DNA of 64,000 nt from Dicyema japonicum (lineage: Eukaryota > Animalia > Dicyemida): contig RDEW01000025.1 in NCBI GenBank assembly GCA_011109175.1, forward strand, positions 31,990 through 95,989, in the 5' to 3' direction. Positions 1 to 12,339 of this stretch are shown one piece after another (positions within the stretch are counted from its first letter, which is position 1; each line of letters opens with the position of its first letter). The notes beneath the pieces were generated by a model that searched no databases, had not been told where the DNA came from, and saw only the letters and a list, made by a program, of their open reading frames with translations. A program made the position numbers and the translations under genes.

Positions 1-182
1 AATGAATTGAAGAAAGCAAAAAACAGAATCCTTCGACCAAGGAGGCAACGATGTTGGAGCCAACACCTTAACGACTCGTGTGGCAACACTAACTACTACG
101 CTAGCTGGTCTCTTATGATAGTTTAATAATTCATATAAATATTACTTTTAATAATCAGAATATAATAAACATAAATGCCGAC

Positions 183-442
183 CTACCCTCTTCTATAAGT
201 ATTCCCAGAACCTCTCCTATGATCTACAATAAGTCCTTAACACAACCATCTTTATAATCATCCATCCATCTTTGCTTCATAAGCTCTTCCTCTTCCGTCA
301 ACTCAACGACCGCTTCTTTGACTGGCTCATTAGCGTCCTCATATTGCATTTTAAACCACTGTTCGACAGTATAGACTGGGAGAGACGGATAACCTGCACC
401 CAACACAGCTTTCTCAACATCAGATCTTGTCAGTATAAAATT
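183..442 (-). pseudogene. IGBP1: IGBP1/TAP42 (PP2A alpha4) 3' portion, 5'-truncated
   Basis: Spliced translation FILTRSDVEKAVLGAGYPSLPVYTVEQWF...RWMDDYKD|DHRRGSGNTYRRG* matches the alpha4 C-terminus (PFILTR..VFGAGYPSLPTMTV..WDDWKDTHPRGYGNR). There is a 23-nt GT-AG intron at 224-246 and a probable 21-nt intron at 443-463. Upstream of that the frame is closed and transposon-like sequence begins. Confidence 0.85.
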
Positions 443-469
443 CTACAATGATAAAACGAAAACCTTATT

Positions 470-640
470 TATTTCCCGCCTCTTTATGGGAGAAGGCGAG
501 TTCCCGCCTCTTTACACAACAGAGTCGACAATATAGCGCACCATCCTCAAGAATCATAAATTCTTTAGGATAATACTTTACAACGGCCTTAGTTTTAATT
601 TGGTACTATTTTGCAATCTTAGGTATGTCAACCAAAAATT
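470..640 (-). mobile_element. CGGBP1-like/hAT transposase N-terminal zinc-finger fragment
   Basis: Minus-strand translation KTKAVVKYYPKEFMILEDGALYCRLCCVK resembles the N-terminal CxxC finger of CGGBP1-type hAT transposases. Confidence 0.45.
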
Positions 641-819
641 TTAGTTCCAAAATATATTATTAATAGTTAATTAAAAAAAATAGTAAATTAATCAAAATTA
701 TAAGGTTAAAATAATTTTAACTTTATAATTTTAAATTTTAACTTTTTAACCTAATAATTTTGTTTAATATTATAACCCACTTTATTTAACAAACAATAAA
801 AAAGTTAATGTATTTAATA

Positions 820-1100
820 ATCACCAACCTTCCTCGCCTGCCTGTTTGCCAGCCTCCTCAGGCAGGTTCGATTCTGGTTGCTGAAACAACTCCGAGAGCG
901 CCTTGTCCAATTGAACCCTCTGCCCATATGGCATCTCAGGGCTCTGCCACCTATACTCCAGTGTCAGGCTCTCTAGGGTCCGGTTTAACACAGTGGACTG
1001 TAGATAGGCCTGGAGCTTCCTATCTACCCCAACTGCTTCAGATAACCCTCTTTATCGTGTACCACAATGTCCGGTTTTATTGTGCTTGACAAGCACCGAG
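820..1100 (-). mobile_element. RLE-type non-LTR retrotransposon C-terminal remnant (R4/NeSL-like)
   Basis: A GC-richer island whose minus frame contains IKPDIVVHDKEG, the PD-D motif of a restriction-like endonuclease. Confidence 0.4.
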
Positions 1101-1135
1101 GTACGGATAACAATGTCTTTAATATCTTGTCGTCA

Positions 1136-1435
1136 GAATTTCTGATCCCAAAAAATATTTTTAATATCTTGTCGTCATTGTCTTCTGCAGCTAACTTTTC
1201 GATTATCTGTCAGATAATTGAAGATGTTTTAAGTAATTTTGCGATAGATCGCGAAGACGCTGTTTAATACATTCAGAGATTGCATTTCGAAGATAATTTA
1301 TGTGAATCAGGAAGCACTAATCAAAATTAATTGTCAATCAAATGCCTTCTATCACAAAGTAGAAAAACAACATATTTCTGCATGTATTCAACTATTTGAA
1401 AAGTGTCCTTGCTGAGCATTATTTTTGAGAGAACT
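1136..1435 (+). repeat. Segmental duplicate of 3270-3530 plus 5503-5549 (empty-site copy)
   Basis: Near-identical to 3270-3530. It continues caacTAtttgaaaagtgtcc with no insertion, whereas the other copy carries a Tigger element at that TA. Confidence 0.9.
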
Positions 1436-1477
1436 TTATATTCATTGTAAAAATTAATTTTTTTGTAGATAAAATTA

Positions 1478-1582
1478 TCATAAAGTCAAAAAAGTCAAAA
1501 GTTTTAATTTTTTAAGTCAATAAAGTCAATTTTTAGGTCAAAATTTTGCGATTTATAAGTCAAAATAAAAATCGCCCTAATG
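1478..1582. repeat. AAGTCAA-rich subterminal array, probable hAT-type terminus
   Basis: Multiple AAGTCAA/GGTCAA motifs end in aaaatcgccctaatg (TAGGGCGATTTT on the minus strand). Similar arrays lie at 22750-22900 and 39925-39975. Confidence 0.35.
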
Positions 1583-1589
1583 ATGTGAC

Positions 1590-1810
1590 ACCTTCTCGGT
1601 TGATAACCTTCAGCAAACACGTCAACAACGTCATTTTCTCCTCCCACCGAAAACTGCTCCCGGAGTTTGAATCGATAAAAAAGTTCGTTCTTGAATATGT
1701 GTCAACACAAGTTGCGTCCCAGACCATAGATCATCCGGATGTGTAAGGGAAAAGGGTCATTTTGTGAGGTCTCTTTCCATCTCTTCGATTGAGACCCACT
1801 GGTTCAAGCT
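1590..1810 (-). mobile_element. CRE-clade non-LTR retrotransposon fragment (RLE domain)
   Basis: Minus translation [37 protein letters not shown] matches the KRPDGMTxFP..LxWDATCxDT motif. Confidence 0.75.
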
Positions 1811-1983
1811 GTGATGGGAAGCCTGTAGCCTTTATTTATTTAAAAATTTTAAATAATTAAGCCTTTGCAGATTGGATTGCATGTATGTTCCACGTAATAC
1901 GGCAATCCGACTGGTTGCATTAGCCAGAACGATTTTAAATAAAATAAATCTGATAAAATTGTTAATCGAAAATACTAATTAAT

Positions 1984-2928
1984 TTAGTCTGATAGAAAAT
2001 AAATAATTTCCTTGACTAGCAGATCAGGCTGGTCCACGTGCAGTGAATGATATGAATTAGGCAAGTAACCAAGTCTCTTACGTGGAAAGTGAACATTGAG
2101 ATGATCGAGACTCTTACCTCTGAAATAAATAAACCCAAACTTCATAAAAGGCGACAATTCACCCCCCAAAAACAATGCTTCGTTAGGAAATAATCCCTCC
2201 ACGGTGACAGTCTTTTCAAACTGATCCCAAATTATACTTATTTTTCATTATTGAGTCGAAATTACTGTTTAAATAGCAAAATCCATTTTTCTCGATTATT
2301 TTCTTTTTTAAAAAATCTCCAAAAGTTTTGCCTAATTTTTCAGCCAAAATTACTGAAACTTTGTCACCGCTCAATTTTACAGTTTTTGAAGCGATTTCCT
2401 TTAAATTCGCGTTTTTAGCGACAAATGGAAATTGTATGAATCCCAAGGCTTTGACAAACTCGATGACTTTGACGAAACCTTCCATCCCGAATGGACACAC
2501 ATCCAGGACGATTAATTTGTCGACAATATTGCTCTACTGTACATCCTCATACTATACGTGTTCTAAGGAGTAGGTCATGGAAGTTAATCCACCCATGCTG
2601 TGACCCACTAGTGATACTTTGTGATGCCCCAACTTTTGGCGGGTTTTTTCGATGTCTCTGGCCATGATAGGATAATCCATGTAACCATTGTCGGGACTAT
2701 CCCTGATTTCTTGAATCGAATGTGTAAACCTTGGAATTTAGGTTATGAGAATACCTCAAATCCGGAATTAGCCAAATTGTGGGCCACATTGTCCCAGTTA
2801 TTTCTATTACTGAACAATCCATGGTGGATGTAAACTGGATTGGGGTATTTCTGTGGCAAAGATGGTTTATAATGAGAATATGAAAGCTCTAGACTTTTGT
2901 GATTAAACCTTTTTATTAATTTATTCAT
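1984..2928 (-). CDS. ABHD11: ABHD11-like alpha/beta hydrolase with tiny introns and two apparent frameshifts
   Basis: Motifs HGLFSNRNNW, D.RN.GDSP, nucleophile GHSMGG, LIVLDVCP, ALFLGG.S and HSLHVDQPD are present. Introns lie at 2730-2754 (25 nt), 2534-2557 (24 nt) and 2120-2140 (21 nt). Frame breaks occur at about 2700 (G-run) and about 2220. Confidence 0.8.
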
Positions 2929-3034
2929 TTCACATGTATCCGCGTTAATTAATATTTTATGTGGTCTTTAAGATAATAGTATTTATTATTCGATTTTAAA
3001 TGTTAATTATTTATATTTTATTAAATATATAAAT

Positions 3035-3530
3035 AGGTTTCCCGACCATTAACATTGCGCCATGTCTTGCTTCCAAAGACAGAAGCATTCAATCAGCGAA
3101 TCAGTACGCTCAAATGGGTCGATAAAGTCAATAAGGCTTTTATCGATATTCCCTTGCATAAGTTGAACAGTAAAATCATACGAGATTTGTTTGAGATTAT
3201 TCGAGATAATCTATTTTTACTACGATTGCCAAATATATGGGACACAATTATGTCAATACACTTTTGAAAGAATTTCTGATCCCAAAAAATATTTTTAATA
3301 TCTTGTCGTCATTGTCTTCTGCAGCTAACTTTCGATTATCTGTCAGATAATTGAAGATGTTCTAAGTAATTTTGCGATAGATCGCGAAGACGCTGTTGAA
3401 TACATTCAGAGATTGCATTTCGAAGATAATTTATGTGGAATCAGGAAGCACTAGAATCAAAATCAATTGTCAATCAAATGCCTTCTATCACAAAGTGGAA
3501 AAACAACATATTTTTGCATGTATACAACTA
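3035..3530 (+). pseudogene. Rabex-5/RABGEF1-like VPS9-domain remnant interrupted by a Tigger element
   Basis: KDRSIQ.RISTLKWV resembles KDLAIQKRIRALRWV. KNIFNILSSLSSAANF resembles KHIFNAI..PASADDF, and AVEYIQRLHF resembles SNIQYITRF. It needs frame corrections. Confidence 0.5.
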
Positions 3531-5502
3531 CAGTCCGACCCCGAATTGGGGCACCAAGTGCCCCAAAAAGCGGGGTGTCCCAAAAACAGGGGTTTAATGA
3601 AACAGAGATTAAAACATCAAAAATCAATTTTAGAAAAATAATCAGTTAATTTATCCCAGTTATCTTTTTACTTCTTACATTTTCATAAAATTAAGTAAAA
3701 AATTTGTAAAATTCTTTGAGCATTTCAGGAGATATGTAAAAAATTTTCTTCTCTAACTGATCAAGAGAATCTTGCGTTTTTCTTAGAATTGTTTCCATGT
3801 TATCGTTTTCTAAACCTTCGTTGTAAATATTATCAACGAATTTGTCACTTTCCCCATTCAATGTTTCGTTTACGGCATTGTTGATCATTTCTTCTGTAAT
3901 GGTATCTTCAATTTTTACGGAATCACGAATCATTTCAATTTGATTCCAACAATATTTTTTTAAACAAAATTATTTTGTTAAATTAATGAATTTTAGAAAA
4001 ATAATCAGTTAATTTATCCCCAGTAAATCATATTTAAAACTGCCATCCATCCAAAGTGGACCCCGCCGACATTATCGATGTTGCGTTGCCTCTCACGATT
4101 GCAACAGAGATCAACTGGAGTAGCCACCGGGTCTCACGTGCGTCGTGGCTTTTTAGTGTAGCTAAGCGTCCAAGTTTCTTTAGGAAGCGAAGCGATTTTC
4201 CACTTATTCCTTCCAGTTATCTCGACCACTATCGGATAAAACGCGAATCGGTCGCGTAGCGCTTCGTATTCCAACAATTAAATATTAAACTTGGATCAAG
4301 TTTTTCCTAGCTTTTAGAAATTAGCAAATTACATGACGAAGGTTTATTTTGTTTATCAACCGTTTGAATTCATCATCATCCTCCTCATAACACAAATACT
4401 GAATCAGATAATTTGAGTAATGATCTTTAAAGGTCTTGATAATTCCCATATCCAATCGTTGCAAATACGGTGTTGTATTTTTTGGCAAAAATAAAAACTC
4501 AATATTTGAGCATTCAATAGTTTTATGACATCCCACATTATCAAGCAATATTAATACTTTTCTGTTGATTGTATAAAATCTTTCATTTATATTTCCAGTC
4601 ATCCATGCATTTTTAGAGGATGAATATGAAATTCCAAAATCTTTCACATTGAAATTTTTGAGACATCGAGGGTTTTTAAATTTTCCAACAATCGATGGCT
4701 CAAGTTTTTCCCCATGGAAATGCAACAAAGAAGTACAGTGACTCTTTCTTTTCCCTGTTTAAAGCCAAAAGTATCGTCATTTATTCCGACAAAAGACTTT
4801 CGTGGAGTCCTTTTTATATAAAGAGCAGTTTCATCAAATTAAAAACATTTTGTCTTCCATATTGAATAATTTTCTCGTCAAGAATTTTAAAAAACTCATT
4901 GATGTAAGTCAATTCACATGAATTTTTTTCTCCACAAATTGATTTGAATTTAAGTTCATGTCGCTTTTTAAATCTGTCAAGCCAGAAGTTTGAAGCTTTG
5001 AAAGTATCAAATCCAATTTTTGAAGCCGTATATAAGGCAATTTTCTTTATGAAAGGACCTTATATTGATCATCGAATTTAGATTTCTCACAATAAGGCAT
5101 AAGATCCTCATCCTTGTTCAAGAAAAGGTACAATTATTTTTTTTATTCGCGAAATCATGCCTTTAGTAGATTTGTATTTTTTATTATCTGTCTTTCAGAT
5201 AATTTTTTCTTCAATATCAATTTAGCAATCGTTAATTTTGTTTCGTAGTTAATAACCATTCACAATAAAAAATGTAAATAAACGTGTAAATTAAAATTAT
5301 ATATTTATTAATAAAATATAATTTTATTTACTTATAATTTCATTCCCACAATTTTATAGTGCCCAAAATTTCCATATTTTTTATCGATTTTCCATTTTAC
5401 TCTGCCAAAATGTTGTCCAAAAAAATGCCCCAAAATGCGGGGGTGCCCCAAAATCCGAGGGTGCCCCACCCCTGGGGTCTGACCCATTTCGGAGTCGGAC
5501 TG
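3531..5502 (-). mobile_element. pogo/Tigger-type DNA transposon, degenerate, with TIRs and TA target duplication
   Basis: TIRs are CAGTCCGACCCCGAATTGGGGC at 3531 and the imperfect inverse ending GGAGTCGGACTG at 5502. TA flanks lie at 3529-3530 and 5503-5504. The DDE_1 ORF at 4321-4728 has KNAWMT, LILLDNVGCH and FLPKNTTPYLQRLDMGIIKTFK. The N-terminus starts near 5259 and the C-terminus lies at 3691-3933. Confidence 0.92.
4030..4272 (-). mobile_element. CRE-clade 3' end nested inside the Tigger transposase
   Basis: Minus translation YEALRDRFAFYPIVVE...FLKKLGRL...RETRWLLQLISVAIVRGNATSI is a typical CRE C-terminus. Confidence 0.75.
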
Positions 5503-5550
5503 TATTTGAAAAGTGTCCTTCCCCCCCTGAGCATTATTTGTTGAGAGAAN

Positions 5551-5772
5551 AACAAAAAATGTAAATAAACGTGTAAATAAAATTATATATTTATTAATAA
5601 AATATAATTTTATTACTTATAATTTCATTCCCCACAATTTTATAGTGCCCCAAAATTTCCATATTTTTTATCGATTTTCCATTTTACTCTGCCAAAATGT
5701 TGGCCAAAAAAAATGCCCCAAAATCCGAGGGTGCCCCACCCCTGGGGTCTGCCCCAATTCGGGGTCGGACTG
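5551..5772 (-). mobile_element. Second copy of the Tigger 5' terminus immediately after an N join
   Basis: It repeats about 5265-5502 and ends in the perfect TIR gccccaattcggggtcggactg|TA. A single N at 5550 marks an assembly join. Confidence 0.85.
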
Positions 5773-6009
5773 TAGTTCCAAAACTTAGAAGCAGAGATTA
5801 ACTCTTATTCGGACACCTTCATTTTTTGCTCCCGATCGACCATCAAACACTCAGAGTTTTTTTAATACAACTGAGTGAATTTAAGTCCTTGTGCTTTTTC
5901 TAAAGCTAAAATATAAAATATACATAGACCAGGTATCATAGTAGTCAGTGTTGTCGGTCGTGTTATTTTTACATTCTTCGGCCAGTAATACAACGTCTTA
6001 TGTTTTCTG

Positions 6010-6240
6010 CAGTTGAAAATGATACTCTGTGTTTACAATATGCCAGAAATTTGGTTACGTTACATCTCGGTGCATTGAAAAGGAGAAATGCCTTATTTGC
6101 CGGGAGGAGCACGAAATTAGCAGCAATCCATCCAAATGAAAATCGGAGCAGTGCATCAACTGCGATAATGTTGAGCACCTCGCTTGTTATGAAGGTCGCC
6201 CGGTGGCAAAGACCGCTACTCAGGAATTCCACGTCCGCAA
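6010..6240 (+). mobile_element. LINE ORF1 (gag-like) zinc-knuckle remnant
   Basis: Translation CQKFGYVTSRC..KEKCLICREEH......EQCINCDNVEHLA shows three decayed CCHC knuckles. Confidence 0.55.
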
Positions 6241-6959
6241 ACTAACCTTCATGAAAAAAAATTAACTGTTTATAAGAATACTACCAAGCATGTCAGATTC
6301 GTTAAGGCAGAGACGATTCAATCAGTTTGGAAAAAATCTGCGAATTCTACTTGTGAAACTTAAACAGGCAACAATCATTACAAGATATCAATAATATTAT
6401 GTGTCACTAGTATTAACCGAAAAATTCATTTATAATTGAAAAGTCTAGAAATCTAGAATGTTCTAAGAAATTCCTACTGAAAAATAAAGATATGTAAAAT
6501 ACGAAATATTTCACTAATTTATTAATATTTTCTAATAATTTAAATTTAAATCCAATTGAAGCTATTTTACAATTTTTGAGGGAGACTTTTTGAGTAGAAG
6601 TCGGTTGGCAAGCTCTACCGATTCAAATTACTTCAACTTAACTTAAACCTTGTTGTTGAGTGTTAACTTTTTGAATATTTTTTCTTCTATTTTAAAGACA
6701 AAATGTGATAAAAGTTTTTTCTTTTCACTAATATTTAACTGTTTTGGAATGCTATGTTAGGAGGATCTTAGAATAACATTAAAATAAATACGAGGATCTT
6801 AGAATAGAATATAAACTATTTACTAAACGTTGCAACCAATTGGGTAAAATGGTTGTTTCCTGATTAATATGTTAAATAATGCAACCAATTAGGTAAGTAT
6901 TACAATCAATTCTCCTTATATTTTCGGTTAGTATTTACTGTTAATTTTTTAACGATTAG

Positions 6960-7240
6960 AAATAGAGAACACGGCCACCTCTCTCAGCAACCACTTCACT
7001 CGGTGTTTTCACTGATCCTTCACACTTAATGTAGGCTCGCGTTATGCTACTATAGTGTGAGAGTGGTCTGAAATTGATAACAAAAAGCTTCTGATAGTGT
7101 TAATTACTAAAGATTGGAAGTCATTAATCTTTTTTTAGTACATTCTTGATAGGTATATGATGGTCCCACAAGCCTCTCAACCGTAGCTGATGGGTGGAAG
7201 ATCTAATTTGGTGTATATGGTCTAGACTCGATAAGAAAAA
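6960..7240 (-). mobile_element. LINE RT C-terminal remnant
   Basis: Minus frames give ISYG*EACG..KINDFQSLVINTIR, resembling LxYGxExWG..LQxFQ..IR. Confidence 0.35.
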
Positions 7241-8049
7241 TATATTTTATAATTCAAGGAACTCTTTTATAAAGTTGCGTTTTTATTGCCTAAAGGACAA
7301 CATGTTGTCCACGTCGTCCGAAGGTCATGAAAAAGTCAAACGTGACTTTTAATTTTTAATAAGTATGCAATCAATCTGTAAAGTCTTACAGATGTTGAGA
7401 TACGGACATCACCTGAATCTCTGCTCGTAATTCGGGTCTCCGTAAACCCAATTTTATCCATTATACAACTATGCTGAAAAAATAAAAAATATTTACTCTC
7501 CTGTAGAGGGTTTCATAAAATCTAGAACAGGGATTCACACGTTTTTAGACCAGGGACCAAATAGATAATTGCTGAATGAATTCTTAATAAATCGCTAAGG
7601 TTATTCTTGCTCCAATGGAAGAGTTCCATAATAAGGATATAGACGAAAGTGATGCGTATATGATCGTAGGAATTGGGAACATATAGTTACTCTGTTTATT
7701 TCGTTTTAATCTGGCAATCCTAATGCTATTAATAAATACTAAAGTGCTTGAAATATTTAAAATAATTTTCAATTCATTTTCAAAAACACAAAAATGTTCA
7801 ATGTTTTATCAGTTAATATGAAAATAATTCGTAAATCATAAAGTGTGCAAGAAATCGATGGTGACAATTTACAAGCGAATCTCGCTCCCATCATGAGAGG
7901 GAATAGCCATGCAGTCAAAGCGGCCGCTATATGACCATTTGCCCACTTTTTCCCATAATAAATTTGTTAGAAAATTTACAAGGTCATCTATTATCTGTCA
8001 TGTTTAGCAGATGATTCCCTGCATTTTATATTTTGATGCTTATAGCAAA

Positions 8050-8135
8050 TTGCAACGGATCGGGGAGAGTGGAGGAAAACTCGTTCAATGAGATCTCCAA
8101 GGGTCGGACACGACTTAATTGGACAACATACATGC
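8050..8135 (+). mobile_element. RTE-clade LINE 3' terminus
   Basis: ggatcggggagagtggagg...agggtcggacacgacttaa resembles the DRxxWR..SRTRL tail of RTE elements. Confidence 0.5.
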
Positions 8136-8239
8136 TTCTAGCTAATGCCATTACTTAACATGAATTATAAACACAGTCTCATCGATCATAATAAACGTGT
8201 TTATCTATATAACTAAGGATTTTGATAATTTAAATGGGT

Positions 8240-8760
8240 TAAAGTATAAAGAGATAAAGATGAAAGAATATTTGAAAAAAATTAGGAATTAGATTAACCG
8301 TTGAAGCGATTTATACTTTCAATGATTATGATTGACTTCAGGTATCCCATGATGGTTTTGGTACGATGGATCTTATTGAACTTTCAGACTTTGCATGTGA
8401 GTAAATTTGTCCTTCTGCAGTTCATCGTAACAAAATTCTAATTATTCAAAGCATAGCTAAGAATGATTTCTCTCTGTCACATAAGAAAACGATGTCATCA
8501 TAAGTCTTGATAGTGACAAATTTCTAAGACGTCTTATACCGAATGTCTTATATAAAACGAGAATATCTTTTCCAATTAATTGCTGAATCTCTAAAATAAT
8601 TGGAGAGTGGTATACGACAATAATAGAGATAGATAATGGTGAAAAGACTAAGCCGTATGGTAAAACTTGGTGAGCTAATAAACTTGAAGGCGTTGATAAA
8701 TTACAAATGAATAAAAAGCCTAAATAAATTCCTTTTTGAATATTGGACATTTCACTCATC
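8240..8760 (+). other. Unidentified gene-like segment with a 24-nt intron candidate
   Basis: A canonical gtgagt...ctgcag candidate at about 8396-8419 joins VSHDGFGTMDLIELSDFA|FHRNKILIIQS in frame. I recognise no homologue, and stops are present. Confidence 0.25.
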
Positions 8761-11089
8761 GACTTTAATTACACAGCATAGCTAAAGCACGTTGACACAG
8801 TCTTTATATCAGAGGACATTCAACTAAACATCTTCAAAATAAGAATTTCTTACATATGAAAGTCAATCGTCGTTATAACTTTAAATTTTCTTTTAATACA
8901 ATAAGTACCATAAGCACAATCAAATATAAATGGTTCGACACGAACCATTAGTGCCTTCAGCTTGGCAGTGCTCTTACGCCCACACATCCATATTGGCCTT
9001 GCAAAAAGTCTGAACTAGATTGACGGTCACCCAGCATCGTTCATTAAAATAAAAACTTCAGAGGTATCGGTAAGAGCATTTCTTTTTAATATCCAATAAA
9101 TTGTTATAATGTTTGCTATTTTCTTGGTGTCTGCCATCTTAAAGGAATTGCATGAGCTCCACTAAGCACATTAGTAGGAGATCATGACTTGATTTATTGT
9201 AAATGGACTAACTATATGACTCATGGCATTCTTTAGGTTTGTTTCGATTTTCATTTAATCGTTTTCTACGCACTACGCAACACATTTGAAAATCTAAGGT
9301 AATTCACAAGATTTTTTTGTTTGCTAATAGGATTATGGTATTATCGATCTTTAGCTTTTAAGTTCTCATTTTTTACTCTTATCGAGGTTAATTGACTTCT
9401 CGGTGCTAATATCAAAATTGATAGATCTTATAGTCATAAATCTAGTCGATCCAGATGTTGCTGCAGTCTAGATGAGCAGTCTGAATTCCCAGGGCTCGTG
9501 AGGACAGAAAAATGTCGTCCTCATAATTTACAAGGGTATCATTATCGACTACCGGAATAGGAAGGTCAGTCAAATTTTGGTCGGATAGCAGGGAAGATTG
9601 AGGTGATATGAGGGATATCATCTGAAAGAAGTCACAGTGATTAGCGCAAATTTTTAAGACGAACATGTCCCATCAGACCACTAGGAAAGAGGTCAGCCGA
9701 AGTTTCAGATTTCAAGGATTTACATTGAAATATTTTATGCAAGTTTTCTATGAGACTGATCGTAAATCTTGTAGATATCACGAACAGGCACAGTCTTCAT
9801 TTTTCAGACATTGTGTGAGAACTCAGAGTCGATGAAACATGCCAGGGTGATCTGAGAATAGAAATAAAACATTTTTAAACAATACTTAAATGGAATATCA
9901 AGAACGTCGTACTCTTTGAGAGGTCTAGTATTTTCCAATAGCTTAGAGTATGACACAGAAACAAGATCGGCTTATAAGATGCTGGAACGACCTTTTCGTT
10001 TACAGGGTTTCCATATTGCCATAATGGAAGCGTGTATCCATATAATGGGAATAGTTTTTTTTATTTTTTGATATGCTGAATATCCTAGTTAAGTCAGAGT
10101 ATCAAGATATTAAAGTTTTTGAATGTTTTAAAATTTACTTTCAATCTAAATTTAGAGTTATGATCCATATTAAAACGTCAACTCCGAATTGCGGGACGAT
10201 TGAAAACAGCCGATGACCCTAGTAGGTGTACAGTACAAATAAAACATTCAATGCCCAAGCAACCATATGCTAATGGGGTACATAGATGTGATTTTTTACC
10301 ATCTAACTTACATTGTTCTTTTTAGATTTTTGCAGAAATCACAATTTAAATACAAAAAACACGTGAATGTTTTGAATATTAAAATAAATTAATACAGATC
10401 TGGAAATGCTACATGAAAAACTTACAAGTTAGCAGCATTAAGAAACCCAATTCTGATTGTAAAAAGTGATCAATTTTGATATCTTATCTGGCGAAAGCCA
10501 CTTGTAAGATTAGATTGGTCACATAAATTTTACACGAAAACTACTAAATTGAAGAAAGCGAATTTTAATAACATTTTCCCGTCTTACTAGATATTAATAA
10601 AGTAAATTATAGTAAAATTATTCAAAGGTAATCAAAACTAAAAGAATCCTCTTTATCAAAATAACGAATAAATTACATCAGCATCCTGAAAGAAGACATT
10701 TTCAACAACGTCACTTGTACAAGGATTATGAATCTGACCACATGAATGTACTCGTCCAACAAATAATGAATCTTATGGAAATTCTAAATCACATCAATTT
10801 TATTCACCTAAAAATAACAAGTCATTTACTGAGCCAAAATATTCATCCAAAGTCTTTTAAATCGATGCAAATTTACAGTCAGCAGTCCGTCATCTTCAGA
10901 GTCAATAAGGGCCAAAATATAAATACTTGCATATCAACAAGTAAGTTTTATTAGCTGCACTTTTTAAAAAACTATGACATATTTTCCAAAATGTATTTTT
11001 AAATAAAATTATCGTTTAATTTCACCTTTTCATATAAATTTTTATGAAATTAGCTCGTGAGAACTGGAGCCGTACATACATGTTTTCCC

Positions 11090-11850
11090 AACATCTTTGA
11101 ACTCTCAAAGAAGTTGGACAAAACCGTATGATAAAAGTCATTTGAAGATCTACTGATTTCATCGAACCAACACCGTCGTGTATGTTTCTTGTCGGGAGCA
11201 TATTCCGAAAGTGGAGTTTGACTAAACACCATTCTTACTGGAGTTTTGGGTACCCTCCTGGATGATGAATGCGTTCGTATTTGGATCATATTGCGACTCG
11301 GAATGAAATCCATGCCGTCGCGGGGACAAGATTGATGAGATGACCATTTCCCTATTAAAGTCGGGAATCCTCTTATCTGGGACGTCACCTCTACCGACAC
11401 ATTCACACTTGCAATTTGCATCGGAGATCCTCTGGAGCTTGCTCTGCCTCTTAGAAGGCCTTAGAAGGCCAAGAGGTCGAATAAGAAAAATAATCTGTCC
11501 TACCCGAGGATTTTTTGTTTTTTCCAAGCCTTCGATGCTGAAATTCCTGGGTCTTCTAGGAAATCGGTTTTTCACGAACAGGAGATCTCTTTGAGTGCTG
11601 CTGGCTATTTAAACGAACCTTGATCGCCATTCTGAGGGAATTGCCACGCAGTCAGGGTGGCAATTATATTGCCTCTATTGATTGCTTATTTTAATTAGCA
11701 TACTTCCCATAAGATTTGGTGACCTTGGAATCCGCTCTTGAGTAGATGTCTTTTGTTTCTAATGTCGTCGAACTATGGAGATCTGGTCCCGAAACTATTC
11801 ATCACTCTCTCCTTTTCAGGATTCGTTACCTAGCCTGGATGATTTAAGAC
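11090..11850 (+). mobile_element. CRE-clade retrotransposon fragments (zinc finger/RLE, 3' end, then an RT-adjacent piece)
   Basis: DEMTIFPIKVGNPLIWDVTSTDTF is followed by a C-terminal CWLFKRTLIAILRG-like motif and then LPIRFGDLGIR (LPxRxGGLGIR motif). Confidence 0.7.
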
Positions 11851-11929
11851 AGAAAATAAACATACTATGTTCTATATAAGTAGAGAAGCGATTGATAATC
11901 CTATTTAGTGGCCCTGAATAAGAATAGTT

Positions 11930-12330
11930 GTTTGTTAAAGTTGAGTCTATGAATAATAGTCTACCGAATGCCCAAGCAACAAAAGGATAATCTACAGCCG
12001 GCGCGATGGTTTGCTGGTAATGCGTTGCAAAAAGTCATTCAAATTTAAAGGAGTCATCTGAATAAGGGCACGTACATCGTTCATCTTCTTAAGACTTTTG
12101 GTAAAGAATTGCTTCGAATGAGAAATGAAATTAAACACCTGTTTGTACGTCAAAGAACTAAAGGACTACTTGTTACAGGTATTTAACAGATTTGATAAAA
12201 ATTCTAGGTTTTTCTTTACAACAACGATCAGAAGCGAAAAATTGTTGGGTATCAACCAACCGTAGAAACTATTAACTTTCAGCTAGACATTATAGGTTAC
12301 GACTAGCATCTAAAAGTTTTCTATCTCCAC
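11930..12330 (-). mobile_element. Jockey-like LINE RT tail remnant
   Basis: HYQQTIAPAVDYPFVAW is homologous to LYQQTIAPAVEYVSVAW at about 36400. Confidence 0.55.
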
Positions 12331-12339
12331 TAGAAAATA

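Noticed and set aside
808-1089. Antisense ORFs over GC-richer islands (for example 808-1089, 4056-4259, 11222-11575, 35614-36024, 42391-42714, 63299-63607)
   Set aside because: They are shadows of transposon or SMC3 coding sequence on the opposite strand or in another frame.
5550-5772. Tandem duplication of the Tigger end as a biological structure
   Set aside because: It begins exactly at a single-N assembly join, so it more likely comes from a different genomic copy.
7480-7790. Hydrophobic ORF 7584-7772 resembling GPCR TM1-TM2
   Set aside because: It is too short, lacks a DRY or other diagnostic motif, and AT-rich DNA often gives hydrophobic ORFs.
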